From positions 1 through 39,363 of the forward strand of contig CALVUS010000002.1 of assembly GCA_944363665.1 (NCBI GenBank): DNA of 39,363 nt, in the 5' to 3' direction. The position numbers and the translations under genes were made by a program. Under the pieces are notes generated by a model. That model was not told the DNA's origin. It made no database searches and saw nothing but the letters and a program-made list of their open reading frames with translations. Source of the DNA: an uncultured Bacilli bacterium. Lineage in GTDB: Bacteria; Bacillota_I; Bacilli_A; RF39; UBA660. This document shows positions 1 to 9,118 of the stretch, one piece after another (position 1 is the first letter of the stretch; the number at the start of each line of letters is the position of its first letter).

Positions 1-62
1 TTATCAAAATGCCTTTAGTTTGTACTTATTTTCTCTCAGATATTTTGATATATCATAAATTA

Positions 63-272
63 TCACTCTTGTGGTACATCATAACAAATATATCTGTGAC
101 ATACCCTTTCTTGAGGACATTCATATATCGGCATCATTCCACAACCACATGCAGGCATATCCATCATTCCTGAATAGTAGTTATTTTTATCCATTCCCAT
201 TTGAGCATTAGTTTTGTCAAAACTTTGCTTGTTTACATCTTCATAAGTTTTTGATTCATTAAAATAATTCAT
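63..272 (-). CDS. small Met/Cys-rich protein, possibly a short CotD-family spore-coat protein
   Basis: 69-aa ORF. The C-terminal ...CPQERVCHRYICYDVPQE resembles the P..V.H....VP motif of CotD-type coat proteins, and cotD neighbours gpsB/rnpB in B. subtilis. By-eye similarity only. Confidence 0.3.
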   Translation of the reverse strand: MNYFNESKTYEDVNKQSFDKTNAQMGMDKNNYYSGMMDMPACGCGMMPIYECPQERVCHRYICYDVPQE

Positions 273-347
273 AATTCTTCATTCCTTTCTAGTGTATTTT
301 ATGTATAAATAAAATATATGTCTAGGAATATGCACAAAAAAAAGCAA

Positions 348-959
348 CTATTTTTTAGCTACTTTGGTATTTTTGGGAAATAAAAATTCTCTGACATTAT
401 AATAATATTGACAACCTGATATTATTGATAATATAGTTGCTGCAATCAACAATATATCTGCAATAGGAAGATTTATTAATTCAAAAGGCAAATTATAAAA
501 TAAAACCAAAGTTAATCCACACATCATACAAATAGTTTTAATTTTTCCTAAAATGGATGCCGCAACAACTTTTCCTTTACTACCTGATAACATTTTACAA
601 GAATCAACTACTATATCTCTAGTAATAATAACAACCGGAATAATTATTGATATAATTCTTTCATAAGCCAGAATAATAAGTAATCCATTTACTAAAATTT
701 TATCAGCAATAGCATCAGCAACTTTTCCAAAATCTGTAACCAAATTATTTTTTCTAGCAATATAACCATCCAGAAAATCAGATAAAGATGCTACTAAAAA
801 TAATACTCCAACAACTACGTATTTAATATTTACAGTTACGTTTCCTACTAAATATTCAGGCCAAGAAAATCCCAAAGAATACCATGGCACTAATAATATA
901 ATCAATATTATTGCTGATAACAATATTCTAACTATTGTTATTTTATTGGGTAAATTCAT
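348..959 (-). CDS. pgsA: CDP-diacylglycerol--glycerol-3-phosphate 3-phosphatidyltransferase
   Basis: CDP-alcohol phosphatidyltransferase motif DFLDGYIARKNNLVTDFGKVADAIADK. Multi-pass membrane protein sitting directly downstream of a RodZ-like gene, as in B. subtilis ymfM-pgsA. Confidence 0.9.
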   Translation of the reverse strand: MNLPNKITIVRILLSAIILIILLVPWYSLGFSWPEYLVGNVTVNIKYVVVGVLFLVASLSDFLDGYIARKNNLVTDFGKVADAIADKILVNGLLIILAYERIISIIIPVVIITRDIVVDSCKMLSGSKGKVVAASILGKIKTICMMCGLTLVLFYNLPFELINLPIADILLIAATILSIISGCQYYYNVREFLFPKNTKVAKK

Positions 960-967
960 TTAATACA

Positions 968-1441
968 CTACCTTCCATAACTTATAATATCTGTTACATT
1001 TTTATTAATTGTTACTTGTTTTACTGACCAAAATATTGCTGCTATAATCATCATAAATATTACTATATATATAACTATATAGACCCAACTATTATATTTT
1101 TTCGATTCTTTAGTATATGGAGATGCTATTTCATTATCTTTTTTTTCTTCCTTAATTTTTAACTCAATAGTTTTCTCAATTTCTTTAATAGGTATTTTTG
1201 AAGTATATTCAAACATATATTCATTAAATTCATCAATTAATTCATCAGAATTTAGCCCTAAATACTTTGCATAATTAGCAATATATTCTTTTAATTCAAA
1301 AATATCTTTAAAAGCTCCAGTTTTTCCCTCTTCAATATTTTGCAAAATTTCAACTTTTATGTCTAAATCTTTACTAGCTTCATTCAAACTAACACCCGAA
1401 GACTCCCGAGTTAATTTCAGTGTTTCTCCGATATTGTTCAA
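968..1441 (-). CDS. rodZ: RodZ-like cytoskeleton protein (N-terminal XRE-type HTH plus one TM helix)
   Basis: N-terminal HTH (GETLKLTRESSGVSLNEASKDL) and a TM segment (WVYIVIYIVIFMMIIAAIFW). TTG start 7 nt after AAGGAGTG. Position upstream of pgsA matches B. subtilis ymfM. Confidence 0.7.
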   Translation of the reverse strand: MNNIGETLKLTRESSGVSLNEASKDLDIKVEILQNIEEGKTGAFKDIFELKEYIANYAKYLGLNSDELIDEFNEYMFEYTSKIPIKEIEKTIELKIKEEKKDNEIASPYTKESKKYNSWVYIVIYIVIFMMIIAAIFWSVKQVTINKNVTDIISYGR

Positions 1442-1473
1442 AACATTTCACTCCTTTTATAAAAATAAAAAAT

Positions 1474-1820
1474 AATTTCTTATAAGCCATGTTCTGTACT
1501 TTCTAAAGAAAGTGGCAAATATTTATCTTCGCATATAACGACCTTTATTTAGTTTGATTCCTAAATTAAAAGCTCCCCTACCAAAATTTGGGTTTCTCAC
1601 TCGTGGGGTTTACCTCGTTCCACTCAACTTCGTTTCCAAAGTGACTCGTCTCTATGGCACTTTTATATCTACTAAAACCATTTAAGGTTTTCTCGATGCC
1701 GTTAGCCTAAGCTACCTTGAGTTATTTTTTCCTCAAGCACGAACACTACAAACAATCACAGTTTGTGTGAGCATGGACTTTCCTCTACATACCAAATAAT
1801 GCAGCATTTGCCCAGAAATT
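1474..1820 (-). ncRNA. rnpB: RNase P RNA, type B (Bacillus-like)
   Basis: The minus strand reads ...GTAGAGGAAAGTCCATGCTC (CR-I), ...GGTAGGGGA..., and ...GTACAGAACATGGCTTATAAGAAATT (CR-V). The 5' AATTTCT pairs with the 3' AGAAATT to form P1. The region is GC-enriched, ORF-free and immediately downstream of gpsB, as in B. subtilis. Ends are accurate to about +/-5 nt. Confidence 0.9.
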
Positions 1821-2154
1821 ATTCATTATTTCCATAAACAACTTTTTCTAACTGACTAATTCTTTTTAATAAATCGACATTATTTGCATTTCGATGTAGT
1901 GTATCATGATTTCCACTATTAGAATCCAATTCACTATTTAAACGTCGAATTTCTTGTTTTAATTTAATATTATCTTCAGTTAAATTTTTAATATCCTTTT
2001 CCAATTTTCTTATTATATTGGAATATTCTGTATAATCTCTTATGACCATATCTAAAAAATTATCAACTTCTTGAGGACGATATCCTCGAGCATCAATCTT
2101 AAAGTCCTTTTCTACTATTTCTTCTGGAGTTAAATATAATCTATCACTATACAA
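1819..2154 (-). CDS. gpsB: cell-cycle/divisome protein GpsB (DivIVA-domain)
   Basis: LTPEEIVEKDFKIDARGYRPQEVDNFLDMVIRDY matches the GpsB/DivIVA N-terminal domain, and the C-terminal half is coiled coil. The likely start is TTG at 2154, 6 nt after GAAGGTG. The GTG at 2163 in the ORF track lies inside that RBS. Confidence 0.8.
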   Translation of the reverse strand: MYSDRLYLTPEEIVEKDFKIDARGYRPQEVDNFLDMVIRDYTEYSNIIRKLEKDIKNLTEDNIKLKQEIRRLNSELDSNSGNHDTLHRNANNVDLLKRISQLEKVVYGNNE

Positions 2155-2520
2155 AATATTCACCTTCTAACAAAATGATTATATAATATTATGTCGTTAT
2201 TTGTCAACTCTTCCTCATATCCATAATTTACCTAATCAAGCAGCTATTTATTTTTATTATTTTTTCGCTTTCTAACTTTTTTTATGCAATAAGTATTAAG
2301 TATTGCCCAATCAATTTTTCTTAGCATTTCATTTATAAAGTATTCTGGTCGCATTCTCATCACCCATTACATTTTACTAAAAGTATATTTTTAATTCATC
2401 AAATTCGACATAATAATACATAAGTTTTAAATTTTTATTTGTCACCAATTTAACTGTCAAGTTATCCATAATTTTACTAATAATATATAATTATGCTATA
2501 ATTATTAAAGGTGATTTATT

Positions 2521-3075
2521 TTGTTATATCCAAATAATATTAAAAAACAATATTCTAAAATTACCAATTATAGTAATCGCGGTATGGATTTAGAATATTT
2601 GATTGAAAAAATGAACGAATATTATATTGAAAACGATATAGCATATATATATAAAAAACCCACTCCAATTGGAGTTGTTAAAGTTTCATATAATAGTAAA
2701 GGAAAAAGAATACAAGATGGTTTTTATAAAATGCCATCAACACTCGATTTTAACGGCTTATACAAAGGATATTATATTGAATTTGATGCTAAAGAAACCC
2801 AAAATCAAACAGCATTTCCTTTAAGTAATATTCATGATCATCAAATAAAGCATATAAAAAATATTAATAATCATGGTGGAATAGTTTTTTTAATAATTAT
2901 GATAAATGATAAATATTTTTTATTAATGGGAAGTACTCTTTTAGATTTTATTGAAAAAAAAGAAAGAAAAAGTATTCCTTATAGTTTTTTAGAAGAAAAT
3001 GCTTATCCTGTAAGTTTAAGTCTAAAAGGATTAGATTATTTAAAAGTTATAGATAAATTGATTGGAGGAAATTAA
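2521..3075 (+). CDS. recU: Holliday-junction resolvase RecU
   Basis: 184-aa protein of RecU family size and sequence. TTG start after AAAGGTGA. Immediately precedes and abuts a class A PBP gene, the conserved recU-ponA operon. Confidence 0.85.
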   Translation: MLYPNNIKKQYSKITNYSNRGMDLEYLIEKMNEYYIENDIAYIYKKPTPIGVVKVSYNSKGKRIQDGFYKMPSTLDFNGLYKGYYIEFDAKETQNQTAFPLSNIHDHQIKHIKNINNHGGIVFLIIMINDKYFLLMGSTLLDFIEKKERKSIPYSFLEENAYPVSLSLKGLDYLKVIDKLIGGN

Positions 3076-5661
3076 ATGAAAAAAATTAAAATTGGTAAAT
3101 TAAAAATAAAAAAAAGGGATAATGAAACAAAAGAAAAAAAATCTAGCAAAAAAAATATTAAAGCAGTTATTTTAGCCATATTATTAGGTGGAGGTATAAT
3201 TGCAATTTCCTTAGTATTAGTATTTGCTTTATATATTATTATTTCATCTCCTGATTTTGATAAAGATAAATTATATTCTAAAGAATCAACAGTTCTTTAT
3301 TATAATGATGGAGTTACTGAAATGGCTCGTCTTGGAGCAGAAGATAGAGTTTTAGTTACTTATGATGAATTACCACAAGTTTTAGTAGATGCTATTGTAG
3401 CAACAGAAGATTCTCGATTTTTTCAACATAAAGGTATGGATGTTGCTAGATTTATAAAAGCAGCATTTGGTCAACTTTTAGGTAATAGTAGTGCTGGTGG
3501 TGCATCAACAATTACTATGCAACTAGTAAAACAAGTTTATACCAACTCAGAAAGTCAAGGTATTGAAGGAATCATACGTAAGTTTACGGATATTTATATG
3601 GCAGTATTTAAAGTTGAAAGTAATTATACCAAAGAAGAAATTATTGAATTTTACGTCAACACTATGTGGTTTGCTGGAGCATCAAGTATTAATACAACAG
3701 GAATTTATGGTGTTGAACAAGCCTGTCAATATTATTTTGGAAAATCAGTTTCTGATTTAACTTTAGCAGAAGCTAGTATTATTGCAGGAATGTTTCAAAA
3801 TCCTAGAACTTTAAACCCATATACTAACCCAGACGGTGTAAGAGATCGTCAAAAAACAGTTTTAACTTTGATGGTCAATCATGGATATATAACTGAAAGT
3901 GAAAAAGAAGCTGTTTTAGACATTCCAATTGAATCATTAGTTACAACTAGAGAATCTAGCAACGGTTCAAATCAAGCTGTAATTGATTATATCGTTGATG
4001 AAGTAGAAAATAAAACTGGATTAAATCCTAAAAATGTATCTATGCATATTGTTACAACTATTGATAAAGATGTGCAAAACGTTTTGAATCAGTTGGAAAA
4101 CGGTGAACTTTATGAATTTCCAAATGAAACTATTCAAGAAGCTATGGTTATAACTAGTACTGAAAATGGTTCTATTGTAGCTTTATCAGGAGGAAGAAAT
4201 TATCAAGCTTTAGGAACAAATAGAGCAACAGTAAAACGTCAACCAGGTTCAACTGCAAAACCTATTTTTGATTACGGACCTTATATCGAATATTTAAATG
4301 GTGCCCCTTCTTCTTTATTCCTAGATGAAGAAACTACTTACAGTAATGGTACATCAATTAAAAACTCTGATGGCAAATATATGGGACTTATAACAATGCG
4401 AACCGCTTTAATCGAATCACGAAATATACCTGCTCTAAAAGCTTTTCAAGAAGTATATGCAGAAGATCCTGATTACATAAGTGATTTTGTTCATAGTCTA
4501 GGCATCGATTATGGCGAAGAACTTTATGAATCGGCTGCTATTGGTGGCTTTGAAGGAATTAATCCCGTTCAAATGAGTGCTGCTTATGCTACATTTGGTC
4601 GTGGAGGTTATTATATTGAGCCATATTCTTATACTAAAATAACCATTACTGAAACAGGCGAAGTAATTGAATATAAATATGAAAAAGAACGAGTTATGAG
4701 TGAAGAAACAGCTTATTTAATTACTGATATTTTAGTATCTGCAGCTGAAAATGGTGTTGGTGGTGTATCTGTAAGTGGAACTACTATAGCTGCTAAATCT
4801 GGTACCAGTAATGTTGACCGAACTTGGGCAGAAAACAATGGTGTTCCTACATCAGCAACTAGAGATGCTTGGAACGTAACTTACTCTCCAGAATATGCTA
4901 TAGCGCTTTGGGTTGGATATGATAAAACAACAGCAGATAATTATTTGACTGTATCTGTTGGTAATAGAGTCCGCTCCGGAGTAATGAAAGCTGTAGGATC
5001 TAAAGTATACTCTAAAAATCAAACATTTGATGTTCCAAGCGGAGTAGTCTCCGTAGAAATTGAAAAAGAAACTTTCCCAACTCAATTAGCAAGTGAATTT
5101 ACTCCAGATAATTTACGAACTATAGAAATATTTAAAGAAGGTACTGAGCCAACTGATGTATCAACTAGATTTTCCAAATTAGAAAATCCAACCAATGGCG
5201 ATTATACTTATGATGGAGCAACAGTTAAGTTAAGCTGGAAAGGAATAGATACTCCTGATGCTATTAATTCATCTTTCTTGCAAAACTACTTTAATACTTA
5301 TTATGACAATTATGCAAGTAAATATTATGAACAACGATTAAACTATAATAATTCTTATATTGGTACATTGGGATATCAAATATATAAAAAAGAAGCTAAT
5401 GGAACATTAACTTATATTGGTAGAACAAACGATACTAATTATACTATTACTCCTAGTGCATCAGATTCTGGTACTGTTACTTATGTAATAAAATCTGCTT
5501 ATTCAATATTCACTGCTAATATGAGCGATGGTTTGGAAATAAAAGTTAATTTAAGAATAGATTCTAATATTGATGATATGATAGATGAAGAGGAAAATAA
5601 TAGCGATAATTCAAATAATAATAACAATAATAATCAAAATTCTGATACCAAATTAGATTAA
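3076..5661 (+). CDS. ponA: class A penicillin-binding protein 1A (GT51 transglycosylase + transpeptidase) with a C-terminal extension
   Basis: GT51 motifs (ATEDSRFFQHKGMD, GGASTITMQLVK, RKxxE-like). Transpeptidase motifs STAKP (SxxK), SRN, KSGT. N-terminal TM anchor. The Asn-rich tail is low complexity. Confidence 0.9.
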   Translation: MKKIKIGKLKIKKRDNETKEKKSSKKNIKAVILAILLGGGIIAISLVLVFALYIIISSPDFDKDKLYSKESTVLYYNDGVTEMARLGAEDRVLVTYDELPQVLVDAIVATEDSRFFQHKGMDVARFIKAAFGQLLGNSSAGGASTITMQLVKQVYTNSESQGIEGIIRKFTDIYMAVFKVESNYTKEEIIEFYVNTMWFAGASSINTTGIYGVEQACQYYFGKSVSDLTLAEASIIAGMFQNPRTLNPYTNPDGVRDRQKTVLTLMVNHGYITESEKEAVLDIPIESLVTTRESSNGSNQAVIDYIVDEVENKTGLNPKNVSMHIVTTIDKDVQNVLNQLENGELYEFPNETIQEAMVITSTENGSIVALSGGRNYQALGTNRATVKRQPGSTAKPIFDYGPYIEYLNGAPSSLFLDEETTYSNGTSIKNSDGKYMGLITMRTALIESRNIPALKAFQEVYAEDPDYISDFVHSLGIDYGEELYESAAIGGFEGINPVQMSAAYATFGRGGYYIEPYSYTKITITETGEVIEYKYEKERVMSEETAYLITDILVSAAENGVGGVSVSGTTIAAKSGTSNVDRTWAENNGVPTSATRDAWNVTYSPEYAIALWVGYDKTTADNYLTVSVGNRVRSGVMKAVGSKVYSKNQTFDVPSGVVSVEIEKETFPTQLASEFTPDNLRTIEIFKEGTEPTDVSTRFSKLENPTNGDYTYDGATVKLSWKGIDTPDAINSSFLQNYFNTYYDNYASKYYEQRLNYNNSYIGTLGYQIYKKEANGTLTYIGRTNDTNYTITPSASDSGTVTYVIKSAYSIFTANMSDGLEIKVNLRIDSNIDDMIDEEENNSDNSNNNNNNNQNSDTKLD

Positions 5662-5667
5662 CAAAAA

Positions 5668-5697
5668 AACTATAAAGTTTTCAAGCACTTTATAGTT
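5668..5697. terminator. bidirectional intrinsic terminator between convergent ponA and nth
   Basis: An 11-bp inverted repeat AACTATAAAGT / ACTTTATAGTT with an 8-nt loop, flanked by an A-run on the left and a T-run on the right. It overlaps the nth stop codon. Confidence 0.6.
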
Positions 5698-6313
5698 TTT
5701 TATTGATTAGATATTTACATTTATAAAATGGGCATTTGTCACAATCGGGATTCTTACTTTTACAAATATATCTACCAAATAATACTAATTGATGATGAAT
5801 CCTACTCCATTTATCTTTAGGAAAAAATTTCATTAATTTATTTTCGATTTCTAAAACATCATCACTATCGACTATTCCTAGTCTATTTGCAACCCTTTTA
5901 ACATGAGTATCAACTGCTATTGTGGGCACATTATAGATATTCGATAAAACGACATTACAAGTTTTTCTACCAACACCTGGTAAACTTTCTAAAAATTCAC
6001 GATTATTAGGAACTTTTCCCTCGTACTTTTCAACTAATTCTGTAGCTACTATCTTAATATACTGAGCTTTTCTTTTAAATGTTCCAACAGGATAAATAAT
6101 ATTTTCAATATCTTTAATATCCGTATTTTTTAAACTAAATATATCATATTTACTAAATAGTATTGGAGTTACAGAATTAACCCTTTTATCAGTTGATTGA
6201 GCTGATAAAATAGTAGCAATCAATAATTCATAATCTTTGGTATAATTCAATTCACATTTTGCATCAGGAAATAATTCATCTAATTTTTTTAATAATTCTT
6301 TACTATTTTTCAT
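5690..6313 (-). CDS. nth: endonuclease III (DNA glycosylase/AP lyase)
   Basis: HhH-GPD motif LPGVGRKTCNVV...VDTHV and a C-terminal 4Fe-4S cluster loop C-x6-C-x2-C-x5-C (CKSKNPDCDKCPFYKC). Adjacent to dnaD as in B. subtilis. Confidence 0.9.
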   Translation of the reverse strand: MKNSKELLKKLDELFPDAKCELNYTKDYELLIATILSAQSTDKRVNSVTPILFSKYDIFSLKNTDIKDIENIIYPVGTFKRKAQYIKIVATELVEKYEGKVPNNREFLESLPGVGRKTCNVVLSNIYNVPTIAVDTHVKRVANRLGIVDSDDVLEIENKLMKFFPKDKWSRIHHQLVLFGRYICKSKNPDCDKCPFYKCKYLINKKL

Positions 6314-6938
6314 TTAACCAATCAAAATTTAATATACTTGTTTCAAATAGCTTTTCTTCTTTTTCTTGTTGTTTATAGCGATTATTTACATCTTCTATAG
6401 TTTTATAGCCTTGTCTATTCCACTCGTATAAAACTTTATCAATATATCTTAAAGATGGAGTTCCATTATAAACTGACTCTTTTAAAGCTGCAATTATAAC
6501 GTCTTCGGGAAATCCTTTTTCAATCCAAGCATTAATTATTTCATAATCCATGCTAGATAAAGTTCTACCAAAGTCGTTTTCAAATATACTAAATATATCC
6601 TCCTTGCTATTTTCTTTTTCTTCTTTTTGATGATCACTTTTTATTTCATTATAAAAATTATCTAAATTTACTTTTTCAATTATTTTACCATATCCATCTT
6701 TTTCAGCTTTTACCTTGATTATTTTTTTGCTCATTAAACTACTATAAGCTTCTAGTATTTGTTCTTCACTCATATTTAAAGCTTTAGAAATAACTTTTAT
6801 ATCGAATACTAAATCAAAAGAATTGTCAAAATAAAGTAATAGCAAAAATTCATTTAAAGATAAATTTTTTTTTAGTGCTTCTTTTATAAATATACTTTCT
6901 GCAACAAATTTCTTATTATCTTTAAACATTATACTCAC
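6303..6938 (-). CDS. dnaD: DnaD-domain replication initiation/primosome protein
   Basis: C-terminal DnaD/DnaB_2-type domain (YEIINAWIEKGFPEDVIIAALKESV...YIDKVLYEWNRQGYKTIEDV). Conserved dnaD-nth adjacency, with an 11-nt overlap with nth. Confidence 0.75.
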   Translation of the reverse strand: MSIMFKDNKKFVAESIFIKEALKKNLSLNEFLLLLYFDNSFDLVFDIKVISKALNMSEEQILEAYSSLMSKKIIKVKAEKDGYGKIIEKVNLDNFYNEIKSDHQKEEKENSKEDIFSIFENDFGRTLSSMDYEIINAWIEKGFPEDVIIAALKESVYNGTPSLRYIDKVLYEWNRQGYKTIEDVNNRYKQQEKEEKLFETSILNFDWLNEK

Positions 6939-8005
6939 TTCCTTTGTAATAAATATTCCTTTATTTTTTCTTTTTCATTTTTTAATTTACCACTCAATAT
7001 CTTATTTTCCAAATCTTCATAAATTGTATTAATCAATTTACTAGGTTCAATATTTAATAAATTAATTATATCATTGCCTTTTATATCTATATCTTTTCGA
7101 TCTTTAATTGGCATTTTCTTATATAATCGATTTATCTTTTTAGGATTTATGTTTAAAATCATTCCAGCAATTAGATTGATATATAATCCATATTTATATA
7201 AAGTTTTATAATCAATCACTTTTTTATTAATTACCTCAGTAATATTAATTATATTGCTTTTTTCGTTATTTGTAAATGGTATATCGTTAGCTTTTATTTG
7301 AGCCCACATACCAATTAAATCCTTAGTATAATTAATATCTTGATAATCTAAACCAATCACTTCAGTTAATTTAAATTTCTTTAATAAATTTAATCCTTTT
7401 TGAAAATTTTTATTAATTAATATTCTATCTAATTCTGCCTTAATTCTTTCTTTTGATAATTCCCCCACTAATTTATAATTACATTTAATTGCATCTAATA
7501 ATTCATTATCCAAATCAAAATCAAGTACTGTTGCAAACCTGATAGCTCGAAGAATTCTTAATGGATCTTCTTTTAATTTAATATAGGGATCTCCAATCAT
7601 TTTAATATGACACTTATTTAAGTCCTCTATTCCATTTAATAAATCAATTATATTTCCTTCTTTATCCATACATATGGAATTTATTGTAAAATCTCTTCTC
7701 AATAAATCTTGTTTTAAACTACCTATATATTTTACTTCAGTTGGTTTTCTATTTTTATAATTACTTTCACTTCTAAATGTTGTTATATCTATATTATATT
7801 TATCTATCTTTAAATTAGCTCCGCCATAATTATTTGTGCATATATTAAAAAGAAAATGAATTTCTTTTGGTAATGCCTCAGTGCATATATCAACGTCATA
7901 TGACTTTATTCCTAATAAATAATCTCTTACATATCCTCCAACTAAATATGATTTATAGCCGTTTTCTTCTAATTTTGTTAAAACACTTTTAATTAATTTA
8001 TTCAT
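6935..8005 (-). CDS. cca: CCA-adding tRNA nucleotidyltransferase
   Basis: PolyA_pol head motif LVGGYVRDYLLG...DVDI, RRDFTINS, and the tRNA-NT body (PLRILRAIRFA). ATGA overlap with dnaD. Confidence 0.85.
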   Translation of the reverse strand: MNKLIKSVLTKLEENGYKSYLVGGYVRDYLLGIKSYDVDICTEALPKEIHFLFNICTNNYGGANLKIDKYNIDITTFRSESNYKNRKPTEVKYIGSLKQDLLRRDFTINSICMDKEGNIIDLLNGIEDLNKCHIKMIGDPYIKLKEDPLRILRAIRFATVLDFDLDNELLDAIKCNYKLVGELSKERIKAELDRILINKNFQKGLNLLKKFKLTEVIGLDYQDINYTKDLIGMWAQIKANDIPFTNNEKSNIINITEVINKKVIDYKTLYKYGLYINLIAGMILNINPKKINRLYKKMPIKDRKDIDIKGNDIINLLNIEPSKLINTIYEDLENKILSGKLKNEKEKIKEYLLQRK

Positions 8006-8073
8006 TTATAATCTCCACTTAAATTATAGCAAAAAAAAGATTTTTAAGCAGTAAAAGTTACATTGTTTTACAT

Positions 8074-8949
8074 TTATTTTTTATACAACTCAATATTGCC
8101 TTTTTGAGCTTCTTTAATTATTTCTATCCATAAACTATCTATTACCATTCGTTCCTTTTTTGGATGAACTAAAAACCTAATTGTAAATTCTATATGATTA
8201 TCTACATATTCAGTATATATAATGGGTTTTAAGTTATTATAATAAATTCGGTAATTAGAACTTGCTTCTTCTATTGCTTTATCCATCTTTTTAGGAATGC
8301 TTTTTATTATCTCATTTTTATTTACTATTGTATATAATATTTTTTTACTTTTATTTATATCGGCCTCTAAATTTATTCCAACATTCATTTCAGACCAAAT
8401 ATATTTAAAAGCAGTAGTATAGTTTTTTAAATGGTTAGAAAACACTGCAGAATTAGGAACATTTATTATAATTCCACTACTTTGTTCACCATTTACTCGT
8501 TCTTTGACTTCCAAAACTTTAAAACTCATCGAGCTAATTAAAACTACATCTCCTTTGGTTGATCCAACTTCAATGCGATCTTCTACAACAAATGGTTTGG
8601 CGGCTTTAATATAAATTCCTGCTACTAAGTTTAGTATTACTTCCCTTAAAGCAATTGTTGCACCCGCAGATATAAAACTAATTATTGTAACTATGTTATT
8701 TAAATGATTTTCCCAAATAATAAAAATAGTAAAAATAATTATAATATTTGCTATTAAATTACATCTTTGAGTAAATTTAAATTTTTCTTTACTACTATGA
8801 TCTTTAATTTTATATAATTTATTTACAATTTTATTAATAAATTTGATTACCATAAATATCATTATAGAAATTATTACTAATATAATATACTTATTATTTA
8901 TACCAGTCATCTCCCTTAACATATTTACTATTATATTTAATTCAATCAT
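8074..8949 (-). CDS. MscS-family mechanosensitive channel
   Basis: Three N-terminal TM helices followed by the MscS beta-domain signature (NLVAGIYIKAAKPFVVEDRIEVGSTKGDVVLISSMSFKV). Confidence 0.8.
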   Translation of the reverse strand: MIELNIIVNMLREMTGINNKYIILVIISIMIFMVIKFINKIVNKLYKIKDHSSKEKFKFTQRCNLIANIIIIFTIFIIWENHLNNIVTIISFISAGATIALREVILNLVAGIYIKAAKPFVVEDRIEVGSTKGDVVLISSMSFKVLEVKERVNGEQSSGIIINVPNSAVFSNHLKNYTTAFKYIWSEMNVGINLEADINKSKKILYTIVNKNEIIKSIPKKMDKAIEEASSNYRIYYNNLKPIIYTEYVDNHIEFTIRFLVHPKKERMVIDSLWIEIIKEAQKGNIELYKK

Positions 8950-9015
8950 ATTATTTTCCTTTCAAAATGAATTTTTATCTTATCATCTTTTTTTGAAAAT
9001 TAGATGAATCTTTAA

Positions 9016-9055
9016 CAAAAAAAATAAATACTTTACAATTTGCTGTAAAGTATTT
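9016..9055 (-). terminator. intrinsic terminator of the 9119..10438 gene
   Basis: The minus strand reads AAATACTTTACA-GCAAAT-TGTAAAGTATTT (12-bp stem, 6-nt loop) followed by ATTTTTTTTG. Confidence 0.65.
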
Positions 9056-9118
9056 AAATTAAAACTATTACTACTTTAATTTAGATTTAAGCGATATTAT
9101 CTGGGATCACTGATAATA

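Noticed and set aside
968-1441. XRE-family HTH protein considered as an antitoxin, phage repressor or defence regulator
   Set aside because: A single TM helix after the HTH, and the position directly upstream of pgsA, match RodZ (YmfM). There is no partner toxin ORF.
3563-5085. Short ORFs inside ponA (65 aa same strand, other frame; 77 aa antisense)
   Set aside because: They are embedded in a PBP1A gene with all catalytic motifs intact, and their composition is low-complexity and hydrophobic, typical of off-frame AT-rich DNA.
5596-5640. AAT/AAC codon run (poly-Asn) at the PBP1A C-terminus, considered as a slippage-prone repeat or a DGR template
   Set aside because: It is a short, imperfect low-complexity tail common in AT-rich genomes, and it has no similarity to the 9197..9289 patch.
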